Position numbers and translations under genes: made by a program. A stretch of 26,416 bases of DNA, from the NCBI GenBank assembly GCA_046758365.1, contig JBHIAC010000028.1, positions 1-26,416 of the forward strand, written 5' to 3'. Every line of letters starts with the position of its first letter. Positions within the stretch are counted from its first letter, which is position 1. The stretch is from a bacterium. Lineage in GTDB: Bacteria; Zhuqueibacterota; Zhuqueibacteria; Oceanimicrobiales; Oceanimicrobiaceae. The notes under the pieces were generated by a model. That model ran no database searches, was not told where the DNA came from, and worked only from the letters and a program-made list of their open reading frames with translations. Below are positions 8,920 to 17,770 of the stretch, piece by piece.

Positions 8920-9075
8920 GGGCTGCACAAAATTAAATGATTCGCCAATTATGTAAATCAGGAAAAAATCATGTTAGCTTTCATTTGACAGGATTTAATA
9001 TCCTGAAATCCAGTTTCTCCAAAAGGATAAATTTTCTTAAATTACTTAATTCATATTTCGAGAGGAGGTTAGAAA

Positions 9076-9357
9076 ATGACCTATATTATTGCGGAACCTT
9101 GTGTTGATGTCGTGGATAAGGCTTGTGTGGATGTTTGTCCAGTGGACTGCATCTATGAAGTGGAAGACACTCAGCTTTCAGAAGGGGATGAGGCGTACAA
9201 AATGATGCTCTATATTCATCCAGAAGAGTGTATCGACTGTGGCGCCTGTGAACCTGAATGTCCTGTAGAAGCCATCTTTCCTGAGGATGAAGTACCTGAT
9301 AAATGGAGTGAATACACAAAATACAATTACGAAGCCTTTGGTCTATCCGCACCGTAA
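9076..9357 (+). CDS. fdxA: 7Fe ([3Fe-4S]/[4Fe-4S]) ferredoxin, FdxA type
   Basis: [23 protein letters not shown]...[21 protein letters not shown], with a strong GAGGAGG RBS. Confidence 0.92.
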   Translation: MTYIIAEPCVDVVDKACVDVCPVDCIYEVEDTQLSEGDEAYKMMLYIHPEECIDCGACEPECPVEAIFPEDEVPDKWSEYTKYNYEAFGLSAP

Positions 9358-9380
9358 TATAAAAATAATTATAATCAAGT

Positions 9381-9430
9381 AAAGCCACCTTTGTTTCCAG
9401 CCAGCTTTGGAAGCAGGTGGCTTTTTTATT
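9381..9430 (+). terminator. Intrinsic terminator after the ferredoxin gene
   Basis: AAAGCCACCT/AGGTGGCTTT stem with inner TTCCA/TGGAA pairing, followed by a T-tract. Confidence 0.8.
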
Positions 9431-9631
9431 ATTTACTGAAGGTCCCCCATTTTCTTTTATGTAGTAGTTGGTTTGTCAATTAGGTCTACTACAAAGTTTA
9501 AATAGGGCCCCAATTTAATTTATAAATTTTGGAATTAAGTATAGCTTCTTTATGTTATAACAACAAATCATTATAGAATTTTCCAATAAATTGAATCTTA
9601 GCTATTAACCCCCAAAGGAAGAGGACCAATT

Positions 9632-10765
9632 TTGGATTTACTTATCCCTGCTTTTATTTTTTCTTTTATTTTAGCTTATGCCAATAGCGCCAACGATGTA
9701 TCCAAAAGTGTGGCGACTTTGGTCGGGAGTGGCGTAACGGATTATCGAAAAGCCTTACTTTGGGGTACCATTTGGACTGTGGCTGGCTCCTTTATGGCAA
9801 GTATATTTGCATTGAAATTGGTTCTTACATTTACAAACGGTTGGATTGCTAATTCAGTAGAAATTACTACTGATTTTCCAATCGCTGTGCTTCTTGGTTC
9901 AATGGCATGGGTCCTACTTGCTTCCAAATTTGGAGCGCCAGTTTCCACTACCCATGCCATCACCGGCGCCCTTTGTTCTACTGGTATTTTTGTATACGGA
10001 GTCGATAAAATCCTCTGGACCTCTCTGGGAGAAAAGATATTTCTGCCTTTAGCCCTTAGTCCTGTTTTAGCTTCAGCTTTGGTATTTTTATTTATTCCTC
10101 TTTGCAAATTAGGTTTTGCTAAGTGGGGTGGCGCCTGCCTCTGCATTGACATCAAACAAGTGGTTCCTGTTAAAATACTAAACAACGGATTCGTCTTAGA
10201 ATCACAAGAAGGAGTGGAGGTTGTTAATGCCGTGGTAAGTTCGGACAGGCAATGTAATGAAGAATCCACTTATGCGTTTAGATTGAACGTAGATACCTTA
10301 CACTGGCTTTCCAGCGGAGCGGCCAGCATTGCCCGGGGACTTAATGACGCACCAAAAATTGTTGCTCTGGGAATTTCTCTTATGATAGCCAGTGGAAATT
10401 CTATGGAAAATTTCAACTTTTTAAATTTCATCTTTGTATCTGTCGGGATGGGATTAGGAAGCTATTTATCAGGTTTAAAAGTCACCGAAGTGCTGGCAGA
10501 ACGAGTCACAAAAATGAACCATCTGGAAGGGTTTTCAGCAAACTTTATTACAGCTCTTTTGGTTACAATTGCCGCTCGTTTAGGTCTTCCAGTTTCAACT
10601 ACCCATGTAAGCAGTGGAGCTATTATTGGAATTGGTTTTAGAAAAGGCGTAAAGGGTGTGTATTGGAAAACAGTGAGAGAGATGGTTTTAGCCTGGATCG
10701 TTACCTTGCCAGCTGCGGGGATTTTGGCAGTTACAGCTTTCAATGTTTTGAAATTTTTCTTTTAA
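9632..10765 (+). CDS. Inorganic phosphate/anion transporter, PiT family
   Basis: Two PiT signatures (ANSANDVSK...PVSTTHAITG and GLNDAPK...PVSTTHVSSGAIIG) and multiple TM helices. TTG start. Confidence 0.93.
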   Translation: MDLLIPAFIFSFILAYANSANDVSKSVATLVGSGVTDYRKALLWGTIWTVAGSFMASIFALKLVLTFTNGWIANSVEITTDFPIAVLLGSMAWVLLASKFGAPVSTTHAITGALCSTGIFVYGVDKILWTSLGEKIFLPLALSPVLASALVFLFIPLCKLGFAKWGGACLCIDIKQVVPVKILNNGFVLESQEGVEVVNAVVSSDRQCNEESTYAFRLNVDTLHWLSSGAASIARGLNDAPKIVALGISLMIASGNSMENFNFLNFIFVSVGMGLGSYLSGLKVTEVLAERVTKMNHLEGFSANFITALLVTIAARLGLPVSTTHVSSGAIIGIGFRKGVKGVYWKTVREMVLAWIVTLPAAGILAVTAFNVLKFFF

Positions 10766-10784
10766 TCTCAACAGAAATAAAATG

Positions 10785-10822
10785 CCGTCAAAATCTTTTT
10801 GATTTTGGCGGTTTTTATTTTT
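10785..10822 (+). terminator. Intrinsic terminator after the PiT gene
   Basis: CCGTCAAAATC-TTTTT-GATTTTGGCGG hairpin followed by TTTTTATTTTT. Confidence 0.75.
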
Positions 10823-10880
10823 ATATTAAACTTTAAGCTGAGTGAAGGTTAGATATGCTAATAATTTAATCTAGGAAGCT

Positions 10881-11768
10881 TTGAATGTAAAAATGACTCT
10901 TTATGCAATTCTTTTTCTCGGTATAATAGCTATTTCCTTTGCCTCCATCCTAATCAAACTTTGTGATGCTCCTTCTATGGTGATCGCGTCTTACCGACTA
11001 AGCTTTGCTTCCTTGTTTTTCATATCAAGTGCAGGATTGAAAAGAATAAATCCATTAGTGTTTTTTACATTTCATGATTTTTCTTTAGCATTTTTGTCAG
11101 GAATGTTTTTATGCCTTCATTTTGCTACCTGGATCACATCTCTGAAATACACATCGGTTGCAAGTTCAGTTGTTTTAGTTTCAACCGCACCAATATTTGT
11201 TGCCATAGGTACAATAATTTTTTTAAAAGAAAAAATTACGAAACGACTCGCCATTGGAATTGGCATAACCGTTATGGGGGCGATAATCTTGAGCGCTGAA
11301 GATTTTGGCTTTGGGCAAAATCGAATATGGGGAGACCTATTGGCATTCATAGGAGCTATTGGTAGCGCGGGATATTTTTTGATTGGTCGTAAGCTTCGGG
11401 CTCGAATTGATACAGTAGCGTATGTGTCAGTTGTCTATTCAGCCACAGCTTTACTTTTAATTTTAATTACTGCATTTCTTGATTTCTCATTTTTAGGATA
11501 TGCGCCAAAAATCTATTTATTATTTTTTTTAATTGCCTTTGTCCCTCAGGTTATTGGACATACTAGTTTTAATTGGGCTTTGAAATACGTTTCTGCAGCC
11601 TTGGTTTCAGTAGTAACCCTGGGCGAACCCATCGGCGCAAGCCTATTAGCCTTTTTACTATTAGGAGAAAAAATAACTGCTCTTCAAATTTTTGGAGCTA
11701 TTTTAATTTTAACAGGTGTGGCCTTGGCGATTAAAGGTGAAATACCAACTTCGATGGTTGATGCCTAA
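10881..11768 (+). CDS. DMT/EamA family transporter
   Basis: About 10 TM helices in two EamA repeats. LHFATWITSLKYTSVASS, GHTSFNWALKY and LGEPIGA. Confidence 0.93.
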   Translation: MNVKMTLYAILFLGIIAISFASILIKLCDAPSMVIASYRLSFASLFFISSAGLKRINPLVFFTFHDFSLAFLSGMFLCLHFATWITSLKYTSVASSVVLVSTAPIFVAIGTIIFLKEKITKRLAIGIGITVMGAIILSAEDFGFGQNRIWGDLLAFIGAIGSAGYFLIGRKLRARIDTVAYVSVVYSATALLLILITAFLDFSFLGYAPKIYLLFFLIAFVPQVIGHTSFNWALKYVSAALVSVVTLGEPIGASLLAFLLLGEKITALQIFGAILILTGVALAIKGEIPTSMVDA

Positions 11769-11860
11769 TGGATGCTGGTAAATGTAAAATGATAAATGCA
11801 ACAGGCTAGTTGGAATTTGGTTGTTTCTTTACCTTTTACATTTTCCATCTTCATCTATCA
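11769..11860. repeat. Inverted heptamer-repeat array
   Basis: Left arm GGTAAAT-GTAAAAT-GATAAAT. Right arm TTTACCT-TTTACAT-TTTCCAT-CTTCAT, which is approximately the reverse complement. Confidence 0.55.
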
Positions 11861-11921
11861 CCACAAAGTGTCAATTTGCTTTCGATAATCGAATTCTATT
11901 CAATACAGTGAACTTTTATAA

Positions 11922-12836
11922 ATGGATATCGTTCTTTTAGGCACTAGCGCATCGCTGCCAACCCGGCATCGAAAGCCCATATCTACTGCATTGATGCGAG
12001 AGGGAGAAATTCTACTCTTTGACTGTGGTGAGGGAACTCAAATGCAGTTTCAAAAAGCCGGTCTTAAACCAGGAAAGCTTTCAAAAATTTTCATCTCCCA
12101 TTTCCACGGCGACCATTTTTATGGTTTGGTTGGATTGCTCACCTCGCTCCAACTTGGAGGACGCGCAAAGCCTTTAAATCTGTATGGCCCAGAAGGGCTT
12201 CGAAAATATTTAGAATTCATGCAAAGGCTTTCTAATTTTAAGCTTGATTATGGGATTAATATTTATGAAGTCAAGCAAAATTCTCAAGAAACGGTTTGGG
12301 ATTTAGGAGAATACTTTGTAAAAGCCAAACCTTTAATTCATGGGATTTTTGTTTTGGGTTTCAAAGTAGAAGAGAGACCTAAACCTGGGAAATTTAACGT
12401 GCAGGAAGCCAAAAAATTAGGTATAGCTGATGGTCCTTTAAGAGGCCGTCTTCAAAAAGGAGAATCTGTTGTTTTACCAAATGGAAAAGATGTTATACCC
12501 TCTCAAGTGATTGGTTCTCCACGCCCTGGAAAAAAGGTTGCTATTTGTCTTGATACAAAACCATGTAGAAACTCTATCGAGCTGTCTAAAGAGGTAGATC
12601 TTCTTATTCATGATGGAACCTTTGATGAAACACAAACGGAATGGGCAAACACCACCGGTCATTCTACCGTTGTTCAAGCAGCGGCTATAGCTCAAGAAGC
12701 TGGAGCGAAGAAACTTGTTCTCACCCACTTAAGTGCACGTTATAAAGAAGCCGATGAGTATTATCTTTTAGTTCAAGCTAAAAAGCTTTTTCCGAATACT
12801 ATCATCGGCCAAGATTTAATGAAAATCAAAATATAA
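11922..12836 (+). CDS. rnz: Ribonuclease Z
   Basis: LGTSASLP, FDCGEGTQ, HFHGDH, GP-type exosite (PGKFN...GP), DT, HDGTF, GHST and LTHLSARY. Confidence 0.96.
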   Translation: MDIVLLGTSASLPTRHRKPISTALMREGEILLFDCGEGTQMQFQKAGLKPGKLSKIFISHFHGDHFYGLVGLLTSLQLGGRAKPLNLYGPEGLRKYLEFMQRLSNFKLDYGINIYEVKQNSQETVWDLGEYFVKAKPLIHGIFVLGFKVEERPKPGKFNVQEAKKLGIADGPLRGRLQKGESVVLPNGKDVIPSQVIGSPRPGKKVAICLDTKPCRNSIELSKEVDLLIHDGTFDETQTEWANTTGHSTVVQAAAIAQEAGAKKLVLTHLSARYKEADEYYLLVQAKKLFPNTIIGQDLMKIKI

Positions 12837-12889
12837 GATGAAACAGCAATTTAAAAATATACAGGCTGGTTTTTAAAGTAAAATAAATC

Positions 12890-12984
12890 CCGGTAGGAGT
12901 CGCCATTGCGGCTAATATCAAGATGATTGACCCGAAGGCTTAGCCAATTTGGCTTTGCCTTTACCGTCGCTATACTCCTACCGG
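12890..12984. other. Unassigned GC-rich structured intergenic element (candidate ncRNA or cis-regulatory RNA)
   Basis: A perfect 11-bp terminal stem CCGGTAGGAGT/ACTCCTACCGG encloses GCGGC/GTCGC, ATCA/TGAT and AAGGC-AGCCA/TGGCT-GCCTT helices. Confidence 0.5.
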
Positions 12985-13060
12985 TTTAATTGCGAAGTCA
13001 ATCTCACTCAGTATAATTTACAAAAAATTATGAAATTTCCAAATTAAGTTATTTTAATTT

Positions 13061-13282
13061 ATGGATCGATTTATTGAGTTTAAACAAGAGGTTAACATCG
13101 AGCAATTAGAAAAAGCTCTTTCTAAAAATAATCCTGGTATTATAATCCTTAGACGCTCAAAACTTACGGGTATGATTAAAGTGCGGACTCCAGTAAATAT
13201 AAGCAAAAGAGATATTAAGCGGGCTTTTCATCCATATAATATCAAGAAGATTTATGATGATTTTCCAGTAAAAGGGCTTTAA
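13061..13282 (+). CDS. Small basic hypothetical protein
   Basis: 73-aa ATG-initiated ORF co-oriented with the downstream operon. It has an alternating beta/alpha pattern and no recognised family. Confidence 0.6.
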   Translation: MDRFIEFKQEVNIEQLEKALSKNNPGIIILRRSKLTGMIKVRTPVNISKRDIKRAFHPYNIKKIYDDFPVKGL

Positions 13283-13350
13283 AGTTGAAATCATCTTGTT
13301 TTTACACCAACGTAATTAATGTGTAAAGGAGGATTTGGAAAGGATATGTC

Positions 13351-14388
13351 ATGAAAACATGTTTTCTGGTAGAACCAGGATGTATTGAATTACGGGAAAT
13401 TCCAATTCCCAAAGCCACCGATGGAGAAATGGTGATAAAAGTGAAAGTAGCTTTGACCTGTGGCACCGATTTGAAAGCTTATCGACGCGGCCATCCTAAA
13501 ATGCCTATGCCAACGCTATTCGGACATGAATTTTCAGGTGAAATCATTGACGTAGGGTTCAGGGTTAATGGATATGAAGAAGGTGAGCCGGTGATGGTAG
13601 TCCACACAGCTCCATGTGGAGCATGCTATTATTGTAGACGGGGGTTAGAAAATTTATGCGCAGATACCATGCATAATATGGTTCTTGGTGCATATTCTGA
13701 ATATATCAAAATTCCCCGCCACATTGTGCGAAACAACATATTTAACAAGCCGGAAAATCTTTCCTATGAAGAAGCGGCCATATTAGAACCATTAGCCTGT
13801 GTGGTGCATGGCATTGATCCTTTACCCATTAAACCGGATGATACGGTTTTAATAATTGGTGCTGGAGCCATTGGATTACTTCATGTGCTTCTGGCAAAAG
13901 TTAAAGGCGCCCTTAATATTATTGTGGCTGGAAAGCATCAAAATCGATTACAACTGGCAAAGGAATTAGGAGCAAATTATGTAGTCGATGTTAAAAAAGA
14001 AAACTCCGTCGAGGCTTTAATGGCGTTAACGAGAGGCTTTGGCGCTAATTGGGTTTTTGAATGCACGGGACGACCTTTGGTCTGGGAACAATCTGTTTCC
14101 ATGGTTTCTAAGGGCGGCACCGTGGTTCTATTCGGAGGGTGTCCGACAGGAACGCGTGTAACTTTTGATACGTCTAGACTCCATTACGATGAAATAACTC
14201 TTGTAGGTGCCTTTCATTTTACGCCAAGAGACGTTGAAAAAGCTTTTCAACTTTTGGCCCAAGGACAAATCAATGTACGGAAACTCATTACTGATTCCTT
14301 TCCATTAAAAGACCTGGCAAAAGCATTTGACTTATTAATTAAGGGGGATGGTGTAAAATTTGCAATTGTGCCTAATCTTCTATTCTGA
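13351..14388 (+). CDS. Zn-dependent medium-chain dehydrogenase (threonine/sorbitol dehydrogenase-like)
   Basis: CGTD, GHEFSG, structural Zn site CGACYYC...C, EPLAC and GAGAIG Rossmann motif. Confidence 0.93.
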   Translation: MKTCFLVEPGCIELREIPIPKATDGEMVIKVKVALTCGTDLKAYRRGHPKMPMPTLFGHEFSGEIIDVGFRVNGYEEGEPVMVVHTAPCGACYYCRRGLENLCADTMHNMVLGAYSEYIKIPRHIVRNNIFNKPENLSYEEAAILEPLACVVHGIDPLPIKPDDTVLIIGAGAIGLLHVLLAKVKGALNIIVAGKHQNRLQLAKELGANYVVDVKKENSVEALMALTRGFGANWVFECTGRPLVWEQSVSMVSKGGTVVLFGGCPTGTRVTFDTSRLHYDEITLVGAFHFTPRDVEKAFQLLAQGQINVRKLITDSFPLKDLAKAFDLLIKGDGVKFAIVPNLLF

Positions 14389-14422
14389 AAATCCTGTGAA
14401 TTTTGTCTTATTTTATTAAAAC

Positions 14423-15502
14423 ATGAAAAATTCAATTCTTTATGAAAAACAAAACTCTATGGGAGCTGTATTTGAGGAATATTATGACTGGCATCTCCCA
14501 AAATATTACTCTGCAATTTCAGAGGAATATTCAACAGCAAGAAACAACGTTGCGCTGATGGACCGATCTTATTACGGAATAATAAATGTTTTTGGAAATG
14601 ATCATGTAGATTTACTCCATCGGCTTACCACAAATGAACTTCGCAACCTTAAGTCAGGTGAGGGACAGATTAGTATCTTTACCAATGAAAAAGGACGCAT
14701 TGTGGATCGAGTCATCATGTACAAATTTGAAGATGAAATGCGACTCATCTCCAGCCCTCAAAACAGCGAGAAAATCGCTGCTTGGATAGATAAATATATT
14801 TTCATTGAGGATGTTAAAGTTGAAAATCTAACATCCACGGTGAGGATGCTAACACTATTCGGACCTAAGTCTCTTTCTTTATTAAATTCGATGTTCAATG
14901 AGGAGTTTGGTGAGCTTCCGAATCATCATTTCAAAGAAATCCAGTGGAATGGACATTCTCTGCAACTATCCAGAACCGAAGAACTTGGATGCCCAGGATT
15001 TAATTTGATACTAAGTTCAAATGTTTTAACTGAGCTATGGGATCAAATTTTAAACGTTGGCTCCGTATTTGACTTAAGACCTATGGGCGAAGAAGCTTAT
15101 GAGATTTTAAGAATTGAGGCGGGCTGGCCTCTGTATGAAAAAGATTTTAACGAAGAAATCAATCCCCATGAAGCGCAGTTATTGCCCTATGTCAGCTTTA
15201 CCAAAGGGTGTTACATAGGACAAGAAGTGGTAGCTCGGCTGGACACTTATGAAAAAGTTCAGAAATATTTGAGGGGAATCATTCTGGAGGGTGATGTCAA
15301 GACAAGGGGAAAAGATGTAATTCTAATCAATGGACAAGAGGTCGGATATTTGACCAGTGTTACCCACTCAATTGCTTTAGAAAAAAATATTGCTCTGGGT
15401 TATATACGCACGAAATTTAGCAGCGAGGGAACAGAAGTTCTTATTAACTCTGAAAATAAACAAATAGCTGGTAAAATTGTAAAACTGCCATTTAAAGTAT
15501 AA
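14423..15502 (+). CDS. GcvT-family folate-binding protein, YgfZ-like
   Basis: GcvT-like N-terminus, LRIEAG and the YgfZ signature KGCYIGQE. Confidence 0.9.
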   Translation: MKNSILYEKQNSMGAVFEEYYDWHLPKYYSAISEEYSTARNNVALMDRSYYGIINVFGNDHVDLLHRLTTNELRNLKSGEGQISIFTNEKGRIVDRVIMYKFEDEMRLISSPQNSEKIAAWIDKYIFIEDVKVENLTSTVRMLTLFGPKSLSLLNSMFNEEFGELPNHHFKEIQWNGHSLQLSRTEELGCPGFNLILSSNVLTELWDQILNVGSVFDLRPMGEEAYEILRIEAGWPLYEKDFNEEINPHEAQLLPYVSFTKGCYIGQEVVARLDTYEKVQKYLRGIILEGDVKTRGKDVILINGQEVGYLTSVTHSIALEKNIALGYIRTKFSSEGTEVLINSENKQIAGKIVKLPFKV

Positions 15503-15590
15503 GGATATAAGGGTATAAAACAATATAATGTATAGAATTTAAACCCAATACTTATACCCTATTCCCTTATACCTTATACCTTATACCCTT
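15497..15590. repeat. Inverted heptamer-repeat array (GTATAAG)n...(CTTATAC)n
   Basis: GTATAAG/ATATAAG/GTATAAA at 15497, 15505 and 15513. CTTATAC at 15551, 15566, 15573 and 15580. Confidence 0.75.
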
Positions 15591-15606
15591 TTTAATCGAG
15601 ATATTT

Positions 15607-16632
15607 ATGAAAACCGCGAGACTCTATAATTTAAACGATATTCGGATTGAAGACATCCCCATTCCTGAGATTGCTCAGGATGAGGCTTTAGTTCGAATGA
15701 AAGTTTGTGGCATTTGCGGCAGTGATACCATGGCGTGGTACGTTAAGAAAAAAGCGCCATTTTTTTTAGGCCATGAACCCTCTGGCATCATTGAAAAAGT
15801 AGGGAGTAAGGTACAGAATTTTGATGAAGGGGATCGGGTGTTTGTGCACCATCATGCGCCCTGCTTTGATTGCAAGTACTGTCGAAAAGAACAGTTTTCC
15901 CTTTGTCCTACCTGGAAGGCCTCAAAAATTGATCCAGGAGGCATGGCGGAATTTTTTAGAGTTCCTGGCGTCAATCTGAGGGGCGACACTCTGAAGCTGC
16001 CTTCTTCTCTTTCATTTGAAGACGGAGCTCTAATTGAACCTACGGCATGTGTGGTCAAATCCTTGCACAAGGCCACCTTGAAATCCGAAGACCGGGTTTT
16101 GGTGATTGGGTTAGGAGTTACCGGGCAGATGCATATTCTACTTGCCCGACATAATGGTGTCCGCCAAATTATCGGTGCTGACCTGGTTCCCTACCGTTTA
16201 AAAAAGGCACTGGAATTCGGTGCCGATAGCGTGGTCAATGTAGCTGAAGAAAATTTGGTAGAAAAAGTTGAGGAACTAACACACGAACAGATGGCTGACT
16301 TAGTCATTGTTGGACCAGGAACTACTGAGGTTATGAAAATGGGAATATCCTGTGTGGGAAAAGGCGGGACGGTTTTGTTTTTCACACCCTCACCTACTGA
16401 AGAAATGTTAGAAATCAATCCGTATCATCTTTATTTTAATGAGATTAACTTGTTTTTTAGTTATTCCTGTGGACCCCATGACACCCGACAAGCGTTATCT
16501 TTAATTGAACAGGGCGTGATTACAGCAGAAAAATTAGTTACCCACCGATTTTCTATTGAAAAAGCCAAAGAAGCCTTCGAGGCTACAAACAAAGCTGGTG
16601 AATTTTTGAAAATATTGGTGGTTTCAGAATAA
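15607..16632 (+). CDS. Zn-dependent medium-chain dehydrogenase (second paralog)
   Basis: CGSD, GHEPSG, CFDCKYC...C, EPTAC and GLGVTG. Confidence 0.93.
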   Translation: MKTARLYNLNDIRIEDIPIPEIAQDEALVRMKVCGICGSDTMAWYVKKKAPFFLGHEPSGIIEKVGSKVQNFDEGDRVFVHHHAPCFDCKYCRKEQFSLCPTWKASKIDPGGMAEFFRVPGVNLRGDTLKLPSSLSFEDGALIEPTACVVKSLHKATLKSEDRVLVIGLGVTGQMHILLARHNGVRQIIGADLVPYRLKKALEFGADSVVNVAEENLVEKVEELTHEQMADLVIVGPGTTEVMKMGISCVGKGGTVLFFTPSPTEEMLEINPYHLYFNEINLFFSYSCGPHDTRQALSLIEQGVITAEKLVTHRFSIEKAKEAFEATNKAGEFLKILVVSE

Positions 16633-16633
16633 A

Positions 16634-17005
16634 ATGGGAGTTATTCATAAATTTCGGGGGGAAAAAGGCAGCTTTACTTGGGAGGGGGTTAGCACCAAAA
16701 AGTATCCAAATGATCGGGCTAAAAATGTTACCAGGCAAGTGATGGTTGGCCCGAAGGAGGGTGCAAAAAAATTTGAGATGCGATATTTTGAAATGGCGCC
16801 AGGCGGTTACACTTCTTTGGATATTCATAAACATGATCACGCTGTCCTGATTCTTCGAGGACAAGGGAGAGTTCTGTTGGGTGAAAAAACCTATGAAATA
16901 GGCTTTGGAGATGCAATTTATATCTCCCAAAACGAGAGGCACCAATTTGAAAATACTGGTGATGGACCGTTAGGATTTATCTGTGTAATTCCTCCAAAAG
17001 AATAA
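16634..17005 (+). CDS. Cupin domain protein
   Basis: FEMRYFEMAPGGYTSLDIHKHDHAV...GD.IYI..NERHQF. Starts 1 bp after the dehydrogenase stop. Confidence 0.92.
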   Translation: MGVIHKFRGEKGSFTWEGVSTKKYPNDRAKNVTRQVMVGPKEGAKKFEMRYFEMAPGGYTSLDIHKHDHAVLILRGQGRVLLGEKTYEIGFGDAIYISQNERHQFENTGDGPLGFICVIPPKE

Positions 17006-17067
17006 TAAAGAACAATTCATCATTTCATCCGAAAACCTCAGTTTGGACTTTATTTAAATGATATTGT

Positions 17068-17448
17068 ATGACAATAATTAACAAAAAATATAAAACAGAT
17101 TTCAGCGAATTTTTCCCTGAAGAATATATTAAACGGGCCTCCAAAATTCTTCGCTTAATCAGTGAAGAAAGCAAACTTCGCATCATGTTGCTACTAGCCA
17201 AGGAAGGACCCTGCCGAGTGACCGAAATTTCTGAGGTCCTAAATATAAATCAAACTACAATGAGCCATCACCTTTCTCTCCTTCGCAACGCCGATCTTGT
17301 AACTGCCAACCGCGAAGGAAAAAATATTTTTTATGACATCAACGAGCCCCTTTGGCGGGAAATGGGCAAACAGTTTTTTGATTACCTCCAAAAAGGGGAT
17401 GACATCCACATTTTAGGGAAGTTTGTTTTGAAACGGTTGAGCAAGTAA
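17068..17448 (+). CDS. ArsR/SmtB family transcriptional regulator
   Basis: KLRIMLLL...CRVTEI...QTTMSHHLSLLRNADLV...REGKNIFY. Confidence 0.92.
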   Translation: MTIINKKYKTDFSEFFPEEYIKRASKILRLISEESKLRIMLLLAKEGPCRVTEISEVLNINQTTMSHHLSLLRNADLVTANREGKNIFYDINEPLWREMGKQFFDYLQKGDDIHILGKFVLKRLSK

Positions 17449-17583
17449 TCAAATTATTAAATTTAATCCATTCCCAGCTTCTCCACGATCATCAGGGAAA
17501 GGTAAGATAGGATGTCTCGTTCTTCTGAATGAATCTCAAACGAACTTGAGAAATGGCACAAACACAAATGGAAGCAACCAGCC

Positions 17584-17717
17584 GTTTAACGGTGGAACTC
17601 ACCTGCGCTGCCATTCGTTAACCACCATACTTTCACTAACAAACCAAGCGACCTGAAGTCACTAAACTTGAATTTCATGCCTCACTTGGTAGCGTCAAGT
17701 GGAGTGAAATGTTAGGC
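17584..17717 (-). mobile_element. Integron attC site (complete, 134 bp)
   Basis: Minus strand: R'' GCCTAAC, then ATTTCACTCCACTTGACGCTACCA ... TGGCAGCGCAGGTGAGTTCCACC, then R' GTTAAAC. The arms pair with extrahelical bases. It lies about 53 bp downstream of the 17771 stop. Confidence 0.85.
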
Positions 17718-17770
17718 AAAAAATCAAAGTAACATATTTAAATATAGAAAATTTCTATGAAAAATTAGAA

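Noticed and set aside
8940..9020. ACAGGATT/ATCCTGAAATCC short repeats after tetR
   Set aside because: Too short and degenerate to call. At most a weak hairpin (CAGGAT/ATCCTG).
12890..12984. Fluoride, c-di-GMP-I, SAM-I or yybP riboswitch; tRNA; SRP RNA
   Set aside because: Only short partial matches (GACTCCTAC, GGCAAA, ATCAAGA) are present. The remaining conserved cores are absent.
17457..17583. Short minus-strand open stretch (...EERDILSYLSLMIVEKLGMD*) after the last attC
   Set aside because: No convincing start or recognisable family. It may be a gene remnant but cannot be supported.
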